A DNA stretch of 64,000 bases, taken from positions 19,378 through 83,377 of the IMG/VR virus record IMGVR_UViG_2932385599_000003. One strand, given 5' to 3'. Shown one piece after another: positions 46,958 to 56,212 of this stretch; positions within the stretch are counted from its first letter, which is position 1, and each line of letters opens with the position of its first letter. The notes below the pieces were generated by a model that was not told the DNA's origin, ran no database searches, and saw nothing but the letters and a program-made list of their open reading frames with translations. The position numbers were made by a program, and so were the translations under genes. The DNA comes from a virus. Lineage: Duplodnaviria; Caudoviricetes.

Positions 46958-47129
46958 GGGCCCCTTGGCGGGGGCTCATCCTCTACCGCCTGGCCGCTGG
47001 TGTTGGCGCACCGTGCGCGGCCTTCATTCCACGGCCCGGAGTTGGCGCTCCGAGCTAAGGCCCGACTCTCAGATCCGGTTTGGCGACCGGGCCCGAGGTG
47101 TCGAGCGAGATCAGGTTCTCGGCAGAACC
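46958..47129 (+). ncRNA. Structured rep leader: five periodic hairpins with UUGGCG/UCGGCA loops
   Basis: Loops at 46965, 47003, 47042, 47080 and 47119, each closed by a different stem. Confidence 0.65.
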
Positions 47130-47187
47130 CCGAAGTCCCCACCGGGGGCCTTCGTGCATTCACGCGTCCAGTGAAAGCAGGTACATA

Positions 47188-48588
47188 GTGCCGTACGAGC
47201 ACGCTACTTGTCAGCTTGAGCACGCCCGCATGGGCGTTTCGTCCCCTATTTCCCCCACCGTCGGCGGCATCGAGTGCCCCGAAACGCAGCTCCGGGTGGC
47301 ACCCGAGCAGCAGTGGCTCGGCACCACCACCGGCCGGATCGCCCCCGACCCGTACTCGTGGATGCAGGCCGTGCACTGGGTCGGCGGCTCCGGCCTCTAC
47401 ACCCCCTCGCAGGAGCACGGCCCGAAGTGGGGGCCGACCACGGCCCTCATCGCGCAGGAGATCTCCGCGCTCGGCGAGTGCCGGCCGTCCGTCGGCTACC
47501 TCGCGCGGAAGCTCGGCCTGTCCGAGCGGACCGTGAAGTACCACCTGGCGATGCTGCGGGAGGCCGGGCTGCTGGTGTACCGCAGCAAGGGCACCCGGCT
47601 CTCGGGCCGGGTCCGGCAGGCGTCCGTGTACGAGCGGGTCATCCCCACGGCGTTCGATGAGGCGCTCGGCATCCGGACCGTGCAGCGCGACGAGGACGCC
47701 CCGGCGTACACGCGGGTCCCGGTCGGCATCGCCGAGACGGGCCGGAAGCTGATCGGGAAGCTCGCGAAGAAGGCCGCCCGCAAGGTCCGCCGCCGGAAGC
47801 GGACATCCCGGACTCGTTCGCAAGCCTCACGTTGCACCCCAATGCAGGGTGGTACCTCAGGTCTCTCCACTGCCGGTACTTCCACCGTTCCCTCTGAGAG
47901 CAAGCTCGCAAGCGGGCAGAGGAAGTCCCCCACCCCGAAGAAGCCCAACCGCGCGCCGCAGGCCCTGAACCGGGTCGGCCGCCGCTACCAGCTCGCCGGC
48001 GAGCTCATCGCCCAGGTGCCGTGGCTGGGCCACGCCTCCCGCCCGCGCATCGCGTGGATCGTCCGGCACGTCGCCGACGCCGGCTGGACCGCTCTAGAGA
48101 TCCAGGCCGTCGCCGAAGCCACCCCCCTCACCGCCGCCGACGTCCGCCGCCCGTCCGGGATGCTCGCCCACCGCCTCAAGGGCGCCGCCGACCTGTTCAC
48201 CACCCCGGAGCGGCGCCGCACCGCCGTGGTGGCGTGGCAGGAATCCCGCACCGCAGAGCAGGCCCGCCACCGCGCCTTCGACAACCAGGTGCAGCAGCAG
48301 CCGGTGCGCATGTCGGTGCGGCGCCTCGTCAACGAGGCGTGCGCCCAGGTCGCCGCCGCCGAGGCGGAAGGCGCCGTCGAGTACACGGCCAGCAGCACCA
48401 GCAGCATCGACGACCTCGACCGCACCACGGTCCTGCAGATGCGCGCCGCCGCCGCAGCCGACCACGCCCTCATCCACACCGCTCTCGAGGTCCTGGGCGA
48501 GACCGACACCCGCCGCCTGTACACCAACCGGCTCGTCGACCTCGCCCTCACCACCGCCGCCCAGCAGCCCGCCCCCGCCGCGTTCTGA
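47188..48588 (+). CDS. Putative replication initiator (RepA-like, winged helix)
   Basis: PSVGYLARKLGLSERTVKYHL...AGLL HTH; followed by DciA-like and parAB; start may be 47230. Confidence 0.65.
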   Translation: MPYEHATCQLEHARMGVSSPISPTVGGIECPETQLRVAPEQQWLGTTTGRIAPDPYSWMQAVHWVGGSGLYTPSQEHGPKWGPTTALIAQEISALGECRPSVGYLARKLGLSERTVKYHLAMLREAGLLVYRSKGTRLSGRVRQASVYERVIPTAFDEALGIRTVQRDEDAPAYTRVPVGIAETGRKLIGKLAKKAARKVRRRKRTSRTRSQASRCTPMQGGTSGLSTAGTSTVPSESKLASGQRKSPTPKKPNRAPQALNRVGRRYQLAGELIAQVPWLGHASRPRIAWIVRHVADAGWTALEIQAVAEATPLTAADVRRPSGMLAHRLKGAADLFTTPERRRTAVVAWQESRTAEQARHRAFDNQVQQQPVRMSVRRLVNEACAQVAAAEAEGAVEYTASSTSSIDDLDRTTVLQMRAAAAADHALIHTALEVLGETDTRRLYTNRLVDLALTTAAQQPAPAAF

Positions 48589-48603
48589 CAGGAGGACCCC
48601 CTG

Positions 48604-49407
48604 ATGCCCGACACCTCGCAGCCCGCGGGCGCGGACCTCGCCCGCCAGGCCCTCAACGCCTACCGGGCCAAGGCCGCCAACACCCCCACCGGGCCCGGCC
48701 GCAAGCCCCGCCCCCGCCCGCGCCGTACCGACCGCGGCAGTGGCCGCGACCCGATCGGGTTCGGCGCGCTCCTCACCCAGCTCGGCGCCGAGCAGGGCTG
48801 GACCACCAGCCTCGACGGCGGGAGCATCCTCGACCGGTGGGACGAGCTGTGCCCCAGCGCGCTCCTCGGGCACGTGCAGCCCGTCGCCTACGACCCGGAC
48901 AAGGGACGGCTCGACCTCCGGCCCGCCTCCGACGCGTACGCCGCGCAGCTGCGCCTCCTCGGCGGGCAGCTCGCCCGGCACCTCAACGACCGCCACGGCC
49001 GGACCACGGTGCGCAGCATCCGCATCCTGCCCGTCGGCACCCTCACCCCGACCGCGCCCCCGCCCGCGTCCGGCCGCGACGAGGAGGACGCTCCGGTCCG
49101 GACCCGCGAGACCGCGTCCCCCGGCTACCGGCGGGCGCTCGCCGCCGCCCTCCAGCACAAGCCCGCCCGCGACACCCTCCTCGATGAGCGGATCCGCGCC
49201 GCCGTCGACGCGTCCGACCGGTGGCTCGCCGACCCCGCCAACCGGCAGCCCGAGACCGCGTTCACCGACGGAATCGCGGCACGCGAGCAGGACGTCGAGG
49301 CCGCGGGCCCGCCGCCCGGCAGCCTTGAGGCCAGCATCCAGGCCGCCCTGCGCCACAAGCACACGGGGAACAGGCGGGAGCCGCGCCGCCTCTTCCAGGC
49401 GTCGTGA
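48604..49407 (+). CDS. DciA/DUF721-like helicase-loader protein
   Basis: DLARQAL...RDP...GW...RWDE...AYAAQLRLL...LN...VRSIRI. Confidence 0.75.
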   Translation: MPDTSQPAGADLARQALNAYRAKAANTPTGPGRKPRPRPRRTDRGSGRDPIGFGALLTQLGAEQGWTTSLDGGSILDRWDELCPSALLGHVQPVAYDPDKGRLDLRPASDAYAAQLRLLGGQLARHLNDRHGRTTVRSIRILPVGTLTPTAPPPASGRDEEDAPVRTRETASPGYRRALAAALQHKPARDTLLDERIRAAVDASDRWLADPANRQPETAFTDGIAAREQDVEAAGPPPGSLEASIQAALRHKHTGNRREPRRLFQAS

Positions 49408-49440
49408 CCGCCCCGCACCGAGCGCCCGCGCCGCCCCGGT

Positions 49441-49586
49441 ATTACGCCGTAATGAAGGCGCCGCTGCCGGTCCGGAGCGCGGGCCGGCGCGCGGACGGCT
49501 TCATTACGGCGTAATACAGGGAGGGCCCCGGCGTGAGCAGCAGGCCCTCCCGGAGGGCGGCGGACCATCGAGTATTACGCCGTAAT
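49441..49586. repeat. parS-like palindromes ATTACG(C/G)CGTAAT, three copies
   Basis: 49441-49453, 49503-49515 and 49574-49586, upstream of parA. Confidence 0.85.
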
Positions 49587-49670
49587 GAAGGCGGGGCCCG
49601 ATCGGGTGAAGCCGCCCGGAAGCCCGCCCCACGGGGTCCATCTCCACCACGAGGTCAGTAAGGTGACGCC

Positions 49671-50846
49671 ATGGCATCACCGTACCCCCAGGGAGACCGG
49701 GAAAAGGTAGCGTCGAAGCTGCCGCCGAGCCTCCGTCAAGAGCTGAAGATCCGGGCAGCCGAGTACAGCCTGGACATCCAGGACGCCGTCACCACGGCCA
49801 TCACCACATGGCGCGAGACGCCCGGCGGAGCCCCGGCCGACACCACCGGCGCCGAGTCGTTCAGCACCTGGCTGCCCGCCGGCCTGTACGACGACTTCAA
49901 GGAGACCTGCACCGGGCGCGGCATCTCCTACGTCCAGGGCCTCGCCCAGGCCGTACGCCGCTGGCTCGACGCGAACCCGTCGCCCGCCGACCGGCCCGCG
50001 GGCGGCATCCCCGAACGGAAGATCATCTGCAACCAGAAGGGCGGCGTCGGCAAGACCGCCATCGCCGCAGGGACCGCCCAGGCGTACGCCGAAGCCGGCA
50101 AGCGGGTCCTCCTCGTCGACTACGACCCGCAAGGACACCTCAGCGACCAGCTCGGCATCGACCAGATCGAGCCGGGACACGACAGCCTCGTCTCCCACAT
50201 GTGCGGCGAGAGCGACCAGGACCTGCGCGACCTCCTCGTCACCGTCGACGACGAGCGGTACGGCAAGCGCCTGGACATCCTCCCCTCCTGCTTCGACGGG
50301 TTCCTCCTCGACGCGAAGGTCGCCATCAAGGCCGCCCAAGCCCGCGGCTACCAGAAGGAATCCGCGCTCGAGCGCGCCCTGGCCCCCGTCGAGGGCGACT
50401 ACGACGTCGTCGTCATCGACTGCCCCCCGAGCCTGGGCATCGCCATGGACGCCGCGCTGCACTACGGACGGCGCCGCCAGGGCGAGCCCGCCATGAAGTC
50501 CGGCGTCATCATCCCGGTCCTCGCCGAAGACTCCTCCGCCACCGCCTACGGCATGCTCGCCGGGCAGATCCAGGACCTGTGCCTCGACCTCGACCTTGAG
50601 ATCGACTACCTGGGCCTCGTCGTCAACCTCTACGACAGCCGCCGCGGCGTCATCGCCACCTCCTCCCTGAAGCAGTGGCGGGAGCTCGGCGAGCCGCCGG
50701 TCCTCGCCGTCATCGGCGACCTCAAGGAGCAGCGCGAGGCGGTCCGCAAGCAGATGCCGCTCCTGTCGTACGCCCCCAGGTCGGAGCAGGCCGACCTGAT
50801 GCGGCAGATCGCCGGCACGCCCCGTGAGAAGGGCGGCCGGGCATGA
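49671..50846 (+). CDS. parA: ParA partition ATPase with N-terminal tandem RHH-like domains
   Basis: NQKGGVGKT, VDYDPQG, IDCPPSLG. Confidence 0.93.
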   Translation: MASPYPQGDREKVASKLPPSLRQELKIRAAEYSLDIQDAVTTAITTWRETPGGAPADTTGAESFSTWLPAGLYDDFKETCTGRGISYVQGLAQAVRRWLDANPSPADRPAGGIPERKIICNQKGGVGKTAIAAGTAQAYAEAGKRVLLVDYDPQGHLSDQLGIDQIEPGHDSLVSHMCGESDQDLRDLLVTVDDERYGKRLDILPSCFDGFLLDAKVAIKAAQARGYQKESALERALAPVEGDYDVVVIDCPPSLGIAMDAALHYGRRRQGEPAMKSGVIIPVLAEDSSATAYGMLAGQIQDLCLDLDLEIDYLGLVVNLYDSRRGVIATSSLKQWRELGEPPVLAVIGDLKEQREAVRKQMPLLSYAPRSEQADLMRQIAGTPREKGGRA

Positions 50847-51994
50847 GCAAGGCGCAGGCCCTCGGCAGCTCCAACGCCTTCGCGGCCGCCCGCGGCGCGC
50901 GGTCCGCGCGCAGCGCCGTCTTCAACGCCGCCGTCGGCCGGACCGACAGCGTCGTCACCAAGCTGCCCGTGACCGCCATCAGCCTCAACCCGGAGAACCC
51001 GCGCAGCGACCTCGGCGACCTCACCGAGCTCGCCGGGAGCCTGCGCGGCAACGGGCAGAAGACCGCCATCAGCATCATGACCCGGCAGGCGTACCTCCAG
51101 GCCAATCCCGACCGCGAGGCGGACCTGGAGGACGGCACCACTTACGTGGTCGTCGACGGCAGCTCCCGGCTCGCCGCGGCCCGCGAGGCCGGCCTCACTG
51201 AGATCAAGGTGATGCTCGACGACGAGCTGGGTGGCAGCCCCGCGGAACTCCTCGAGTCCGCGCTCGTCGCCAACATCCACCACCGGCAGCTCAGCCCCAT
51301 GGACGAGGCGGAGGCGCTGCACAAGCTGCTCGGCGTCTACGGGACACAGGACGCCCTCGCCCGGCAGCTGCACCGCTCGCAGGGCTGGGTGTCGCAGCGC
51401 CTCGCCCTGCGCAACCTCACTCCTGAGCTGCAGGCGCGCCTGGAGGCGGGGGAGGAGAAGGCGGATCTGCTGCGGCGGGTCGGGCGCAAGAAGCCCGAGG
51501 AGCAGGAGCAGCACCTCGCCCGGCTCAAGGAGGAGGAGAGCCTGAAGGCGGCCGCGAAGAAGGCGGCGGTGAGCAGGGTGACCTCCCCGCCCCCGCCCCC
51601 GCCTTCCGGCGCAGGCCCGGCGGAGCAGCCGGCCCGGTCCGGACCCGATACCCCCAACCACGCTGCGAACCAGGGCGGCGGCGTTCATTACGGCGTAATG
51701 AAGCCCGCCGCCCCGGCCCCGCCGCCGGCCGCCGATGCGGCGCCCAGCCCGCTCCCCGTGCCGGGCCAAGCACAGCCCCAGGCTTCACCGCAGGCCCCCG
51801 CAGCACACGAGTCCGGCCCGGTCTCCGCGGCCACGGTCGAAGTGTCACCTGCGGCCCCCGCGGAGGTCGCCGCGCGCCTGTTCACCGAGATGTCGCAGGA
51901 ACAGCGGGCGATCTTCCTGGCGCACTTCGTGATGCACATGAAGAAGGCGGGCGAGCTGGACGCAGCGGGCATCAACCCGGAAGTCCAGCCGTGA
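50843..51994 (+). CDS. parB: ParB partition protein
   Basis: NPENPR, VVDGSSRLAA, ANIHHRQLSPMDEA, HTH. Confidence 0.92.
   Translation: MSKAQALGSSNAFAAARGARSARSAVFNAAVGRTDSVVTKLPVTAISLNPENPRSDLGDLTELAGSLRGNGQKTAISIMTRQAYLQANPDREADLEDGTTYVVVDGSSRLAAAREAGLTEIKVMLDDELGGSPAELLESALVANIHHRQLSPMDEAEALHKLLGVYGTQDALARQLHRSQGWVSQRLALRNLTPELQARLEAGEEKADLLRRVGRKKPEEQEQHLARLKEEESLKAAAKKAAVSRVTSPPPPPPSGAGPAEQPARSGPDTPNHAANQGGGVHYGVMKPAAPAPPPAADAAPSPLPVPGQAQPQASPQAPAAHESGPVSAATVEVSPAAPAEVAARLFTEMSQEQRAIFLAHFVMHMKKAGELDAAGINPEVQP
51687..51699. repeat. Fourth parS-like palindrome inside parB
   Basis: TTCATTACGGCGTAATGAA. Confidence 0.85.
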
Positions 51995-52390
51995 CCGGGC
52001 ATTCCACCCGCCACGCCCCTATCTGCGTGTCGAGATGCCGGTCTACAATCGCCGTCATCTGACGGGCACGCCCGTGAGGTCTCAGGCCCTCGAGGGCTGG
52101 GGCGGGTCGTTGTCGGCAACACCGACCCTGCCTCAGACCACCGAGGGTCTCCTCATGCCCGCAGCTCCGACAGCGTCGTCGGCACCGAGCGGTCGCATGT
52201 GGCTGGTATACAGCGGTGCACCGGTCAAGGCGTGGTCAAAACTAAGGAGACACTGACCAACCGGGTCGGTTGGTGTCACAGTGGCTCACCAGGGGGCTGA
52301 CTGGCAGCAGCTCTCCGGCCGCACCGGCACCACAGCGCCGGAGCGCGCCGCCCCTTCCACACGACTGCCGGAGGAGCGGAGACTCCCCCC

Positions 52391-52735
52391 ATGTCCGCAG
52401 CTGAACCGGTCCGACCGCCGGGCAGGCACATCATCCGCCTCGTCCCCCGCCGCGCAGACCGCCCCGCCGGCCTCCCCGCCGACACCGGCGCCCCTCCCCC
52501 TCCCCCGCCCGCCAGCGCGCCCGTGCCGGCGCTCGCCGAGACCGTCGAGGCGATGTTCCTGGAGGAGGGCCTCACCCTCACCGACCCCGCCACCGCCCAC
52601 GCCTTCGACGTCACGATGAGCGCGGTCGTCCTCCTCGTCCAAGGCGCCCAGGAGGAAGGGGTCCTGGAGACCGACGCGTACACGATCCTGCGCCGGATCC
52701 TGGACGACATGCGGGCCACACCAACTCACCTGTGA
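52391..52735 (+). CDS. Hypothetical protein
   Basis: GGAG RBS, helical C-terminus. Confidence 0.55.
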   Translation: MSAAEPVRPPGRHIIRLVPRRADRPAGLPADTGAPPPPPPASAPVPALAETVEAMFLEEGLTLTDPATAHAFDVTMSAVVLLVQGAQEEGVLETDAYTILRRILDDMRATPTHL

Positions 52736-52940
52736 GCCCCGCCCTCACCTAGTGGGAAGCGCTCTCAGGGCACTCGCCGCCGTCTTCACACGATCTGTTC
52801 AATCGGAGACCATCCTGTGTCACGATTGGACAGGTCCGGACGACCCGGAGTAACACCCTCCGGCCGCCCCGGCGCGCGCCCCGGCCCATCGTGTCCCCGC
52901 TCCGCGCTCCCCGGCGGCCACTTGCGAACGGGGAGCGCTG

Positions 52941-53489
52941 ATGAGCCACACCGGAGACGACGACAGCGCAGCACATCGCCTGCGTCTCCTGCAGAGCGAG
53001 TTCCTGCAGCCGAGCCGCCCGTACGGCGAGGCGCACGTCTCCCGATCCACCACCCCCAGCGCGCCGATCCGCCTGGGCATAGCCGATCACATAAGCGAGG
53101 CCGTCGACGAGGTCGAGAAGATGACGCGCTCCGAGGTCCCCGACGCCGGCGCCCGCCCGAACGCCCCGGAACTCGTCTACGCGTGGGCCGTCCAGAAGAC
53201 CCGTCACCTCGACCCTCAGCGGCAGATGGTCCGCGACACGGTCATCTACCGGCAGTCCCTGGAGCACGCCATCGCCATGGGCGACCACTCCGTCATCCGC
53301 CGGCACCCCTGCCCCGCCTGCCGCACCTGGGGCCTGTTCTGGCGGGCCAGCGTACGCAAGGCGGTGTGCGTCAACCGGTACTGCGTCGACGACGCGGGCC
53401 GCGCGCGGAGCTGGGAGCTGGCCTACCTGGCGCACCGCCACATCGCCGCGCAGGCCACGCGATCCCACCGCGACGTGCGTGCAACCTGA
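52941..53489 (+). CDS. Zn-ribbon-containing hypothetical protein
   Basis: CPACRTW...CVNRYC. Confidence 0.7.
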   Translation: MSHTGDDDSAAHRLRLLQSEFLQPSRPYGEAHVSRSTTPSAPIRLGIADHISEAVDEVEKMTRSEVPDAGARPNAPELVYAWAVQKTRHLDPQRQMVRDTVIYRQSLEHAIAMGDHSVIRRHPCPACRTWGLFWRASVRKAVCVNRYCVDDAGRARSWELAYLAHRHIAAQATRSHRDVRAT

Positions 53490-53647
53490 CGGCACGTTCG
53501 GCTGTCTACTGGGTAAGCGCACCACCAAGCGTCACCACTGCATCACTACCAAGCGGGGTGCCCAGGACACGCCTGGTGCCCCATACCCGCATTCCGGTCG
53601 CCGCAGCTGCGAACTGCGGCGGCTGTTCCTTTCGGGGAGGGCCGAGC

Positions 53648-53875
53648 ATGGCCGTCGAGTATGTCGTCCCGTACGCCGTGGCGAGAGAGCTCGTCACCTA
53701 CAAGCAGGCTGAGGAGATGCTGGCCGATACGCCGTATCCGGTGTCGGGCAGGACGCTGCAGCGGTGGGCCCGACAGGAGCAGCTTCCTGTCGAGCGTATC
53801 CGCGGTGTCGTGTACGTGTCGTTCTCCGACCTGCTGATGGTCCATCTGGACAGGGCCTTGGGCAGGGAGCAGTAG
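53648..53875 (+). CDS. Small excisionase/MerR-like HTH protein
   Basis: VTYKQA...VSGRTLQRWA; GGAGG RBS. Confidence 0.65.
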   Translation: MAVEYVVPYAVARELVTYKQAEEMLADTPYPVSGRTLQRWARQEQLPVERIRGVVYVSFSDLLMVHLDRALGREQ

Positions 53876-53903
53876 CAGGGCCCAGGTAACCCCCCACTTC
53901 GTG

Positions 53904-53930
53904 AGCCCCGCCCGTCCGGGCGGGGCTTTC
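53904..53930 (+). terminator. Intrinsic terminator
   Basis: AGCCCCGCCC...GGGCGGGGCTTTC. Confidence 0.75.
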
Positions 53931-53954
53931 GTGTGTCCGGGCAACTCCAGCAAT

Positions 53955-53988
53955 CCTCTTGCCTATGCAAGAGGGTATGGGTTACGGT
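53955..53988 (+). promoter_or_regulatory. Promoter with operator CCTCTTGC-N4-GCAAGAGG, copy 2
   Basis: TTGCCT-18-TACGGT. Confidence 0.8.
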
Positions 53989-54047
53989 GGCAGAGCCGAC
54001 AACGACCCGCCCCAGGCGAGATCGCCCCATCACCACGAGGTCCCACC

Positions 54048-54395
54048 ATGACCACCACCGTGATCCCGCACACCCTCAACCACCCCACCACCAGCGACTA
54101 CCGCACCCTCACCCCCACCGCCCAGGCCCTCTTCGACCGCGCCCAGGAACTCGCCGACAACACCGTCGACGCCCGCGAGTACAACGCGTTCATGCAGATC
54201 GCCGCGCACGCCGCCGGCCTCCCCACCACCCCCGGCGCCGAGGTCGTCCACTGCGCCTGCCCCACCTGCCACTGCGCGCAGATCTTCCCCACCGACCTGC
54301 CGGGCCTGCACACCGTCGAGACCACCGACTACAACCTCCCCCGCCTGCAGTGCCCCACCTGCACCGACGCGCACCCCACCCCCCACGACGACTAA
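54048..54395 (+). CDS. Cys-rich hypothetical protein
   Basis: CACPTCHC...CPTC. Confidence 0.65.
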   Translation: MTTTVIPHTLNHPTTSDYRTLTPTAQALFDRAQELADNTVDAREYNAFMQIAAHAAGLPTTPGAEVVHCACPTCHCAQIFPTDLPGLHTVETTDYNLPRLQCPTCTDAHPTPHDD

Positions 54396-54515
54396 CCCCC
54401 GCACACCCCCCGGCGCCGGGTCGAGCACCACACCCCCAGGGAGCGCAGTAGCTCCCCGGCGCCGGGTGCACAACCACCCCCACACCACACCCGCATCCCG
54501 CACCGGGAGACACCC

Positions 54516-54950
54516 ATGTCCACCACCGGCACCACCCTGCGCACCGCCTGCCACCTCCTCAACTACTACGGCCTCGCCGACCCCAACCACCCCCACTACG
54601 CCATGCCCGACGGCCGCCTCACCCCCCTCGCCGCCCTCTACCGCGCCGCCACCGGCAACACCCCCACCCCCTTCCACGACGACCCCGACACCGCCAAGCA
54701 CCTCCTCCTCACCCACCCCCTCGTCCACGACAGCATCCGCTGGATCTCCGCCGTCCTGCCCACCCAGCCCCGCCCCGACGCCGAGACCGGCCTCCCCGAC
54801 CACATCGACCACATCGACCACTGGGCCGCCGACCCCGACCCCCACACCGGCCGCCACCCCAACACCAGCGACGTCATCGGCCTCCTCCTGCGCGCCGCCA
54901 ACGCCGCCGACAACCTCACCCACACCACCGCCCCGCGCCACGCCGCCTGA
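54516..54950 (+). CDS. DUF6197-like hypothetical protein
   Basis: Similar to 3..428. Confidence 0.6.
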   Translation: MSTTGTTLRTACHLLNYYGLADPNHPHYAMPDGRLTPLAALYRAATGNTPTPFHDDPDTAKHLLLTHPLVHDSIRWISAVLPTQPRPDAETGLPDHIDHIDHWAADPDPHTGRHPNTSDVIGLLLRAANAADNLTHTTAPRHAA

Positions 54951-54973
54951 CCGTACGAAGGAGAACCCCGGCC

Positions 54974-55258
54974 ATGACCACCATGACCATCGCCCCCGCC
55001 ACCACCGGCCCCGACGACACCTCCGAGTACGCCGCCGGCCGCGCCGACGCCTACGACGACGCCCACACCCTCACCCTCCCCCAGCTCCACACCCGCGCCG
55101 CCCACTACATCGCCTACGCCACCCCCGCCCGCGCCGCCGGCTACGCCGACCGCGTCCACGAGACCGCCATGGAGCGCGCCGCCGTCACCGCCGCCGAGAC
55201 CGAGCTCGCCCACACCAGCCCCACCACCTGGGCCCGCACGAACGACGCCGCCGCGTGA
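54974..55258 (+). CDS. Hypothetical protein
   Basis: AAGGAG RBS. Confidence 0.6.
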   Translation: MTTMTIAPATTGPDDTSEYAAGRADAYDDAHTLTLPQLHTRAAHYIAYATPARAAGYADRVHETAMERAAVTAAETELAHTSPTTWARTNDAAA

Positions 55259-55428
55259 GCACCCCGTCCACGCCCACCCCGGCGCCCTCCCCGCTGACGC
55301 AGACGGCCGCCGAGGTCCTCGCCGAGCGGTCCACCCCGTGGGTCTGCCGTGAGGACCGGTACGAGTCGCCGCTCCACAGCAGCTACGCCACCCCGCACGA
55401 CCTGCCCGATCCGGAGGTGAACGCATGA
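55255..55428 (+). CDS. Small hypothetical protein
   Basis: Coupled GTGA/ATGA overlaps. Confidence 0.45.
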   Translation: MSTPSTPTPAPSPLTQTAAEVLAERSTPWVCREDRYESPLHSSYATPHDLPDPEVNA

Positions 55429-55967
55429 CCGCCGCCCGCCTCGACGTCCTCCGCAACGCCGTACGCACCCAGCACGGCGAGTGGACCACCCACCACGTCC
55501 TCCACCTCTACACCGCCCGCGGACTGCGCATCCCCTTCCGCGGCACCGCCCGCCGCGACCTCACCCGCCTCGCCACCAACAACCGCCAGCAGCCCGACAT
55601 GGTCTACGACGCCCTGAACCAGCGCTACGGAGTCCCGGGCCGCTGGCAGGCCGAAACGTCCGCCCGCGTCGACTGGGTCATCGTCGGCGGAGAGTCCGGC
55701 CGCGGCGCCCGCCCCATGGCCCCCCAGTGGGCCACCTCGCTTCGCGACCAGTGCGCCGCCGCCGACGTCCCGTACTTCTTCAAGCAGTGGGGGGAGTACG
55801 CCCCGACCGGCTACCTCGTCATCGGCAGCACCCGCAGGGGCACCCTCCTCGCCGGAGACCCGGTCGACGACCTCGGCCACCGTGTCGAGCTCGCCCGCGT
55901 CGGCAAGAAGACCGCCGGCCGCGAGCTCGACGGCCGCACTCACGACGCGTACCCGAAGGCGCCGTGA
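55425..55967 (+). pseudogene. Chimeric ORF: unrelated N-terminus fused to the C-terminal part of phage Gp37/Gp68 (DUF5131)
   Basis: DWVIVGGESG..ARPM, FFKQWG and GRELDGRTHD present; N-terminal Cys motif absent. Confidence 0.6.
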
Positions 55968-56212
55968 TGGGACACCGCGCCAAGCCCAGCCGACGCCACC
56001 AGATCAGCTACGCCGCCCCCGAGAAGTACCGCCTCATCATCACCTACCCCGGCCAGCAGCGCCCCCGCCGCTTCAGCACCAGCGACCTCGCCCGCGCCCG
56101 CGCCGTCGCACGCCGCAACACCGCCAACGGCGCCCACGTCGACTTCCAGATCCACCGCGGCTGGGGCACGTACGAGACCACCCACACCTACACCCCGGAG
56201 CCCACCCCGTGA
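55967..56212 (+). CDS. Hypothetical basic protein
   Basis: Coupled to neighbours. Confidence 0.5.
   Translation: MGHRAKPSRRHQISYAAPEKYRLIITYPGQQRPRRFSTSDLARARAVARRNTANGAHVDFQIHRGWGTYETTHTYTPEPTP

Noticed and set aside
46958-47129. Hairpin array as a CRISPR array
   Set aside because: Only the 6-nt loop is conserved, the 38-39 nt period is too short, and no cas genes are present; kept as a separate finding.
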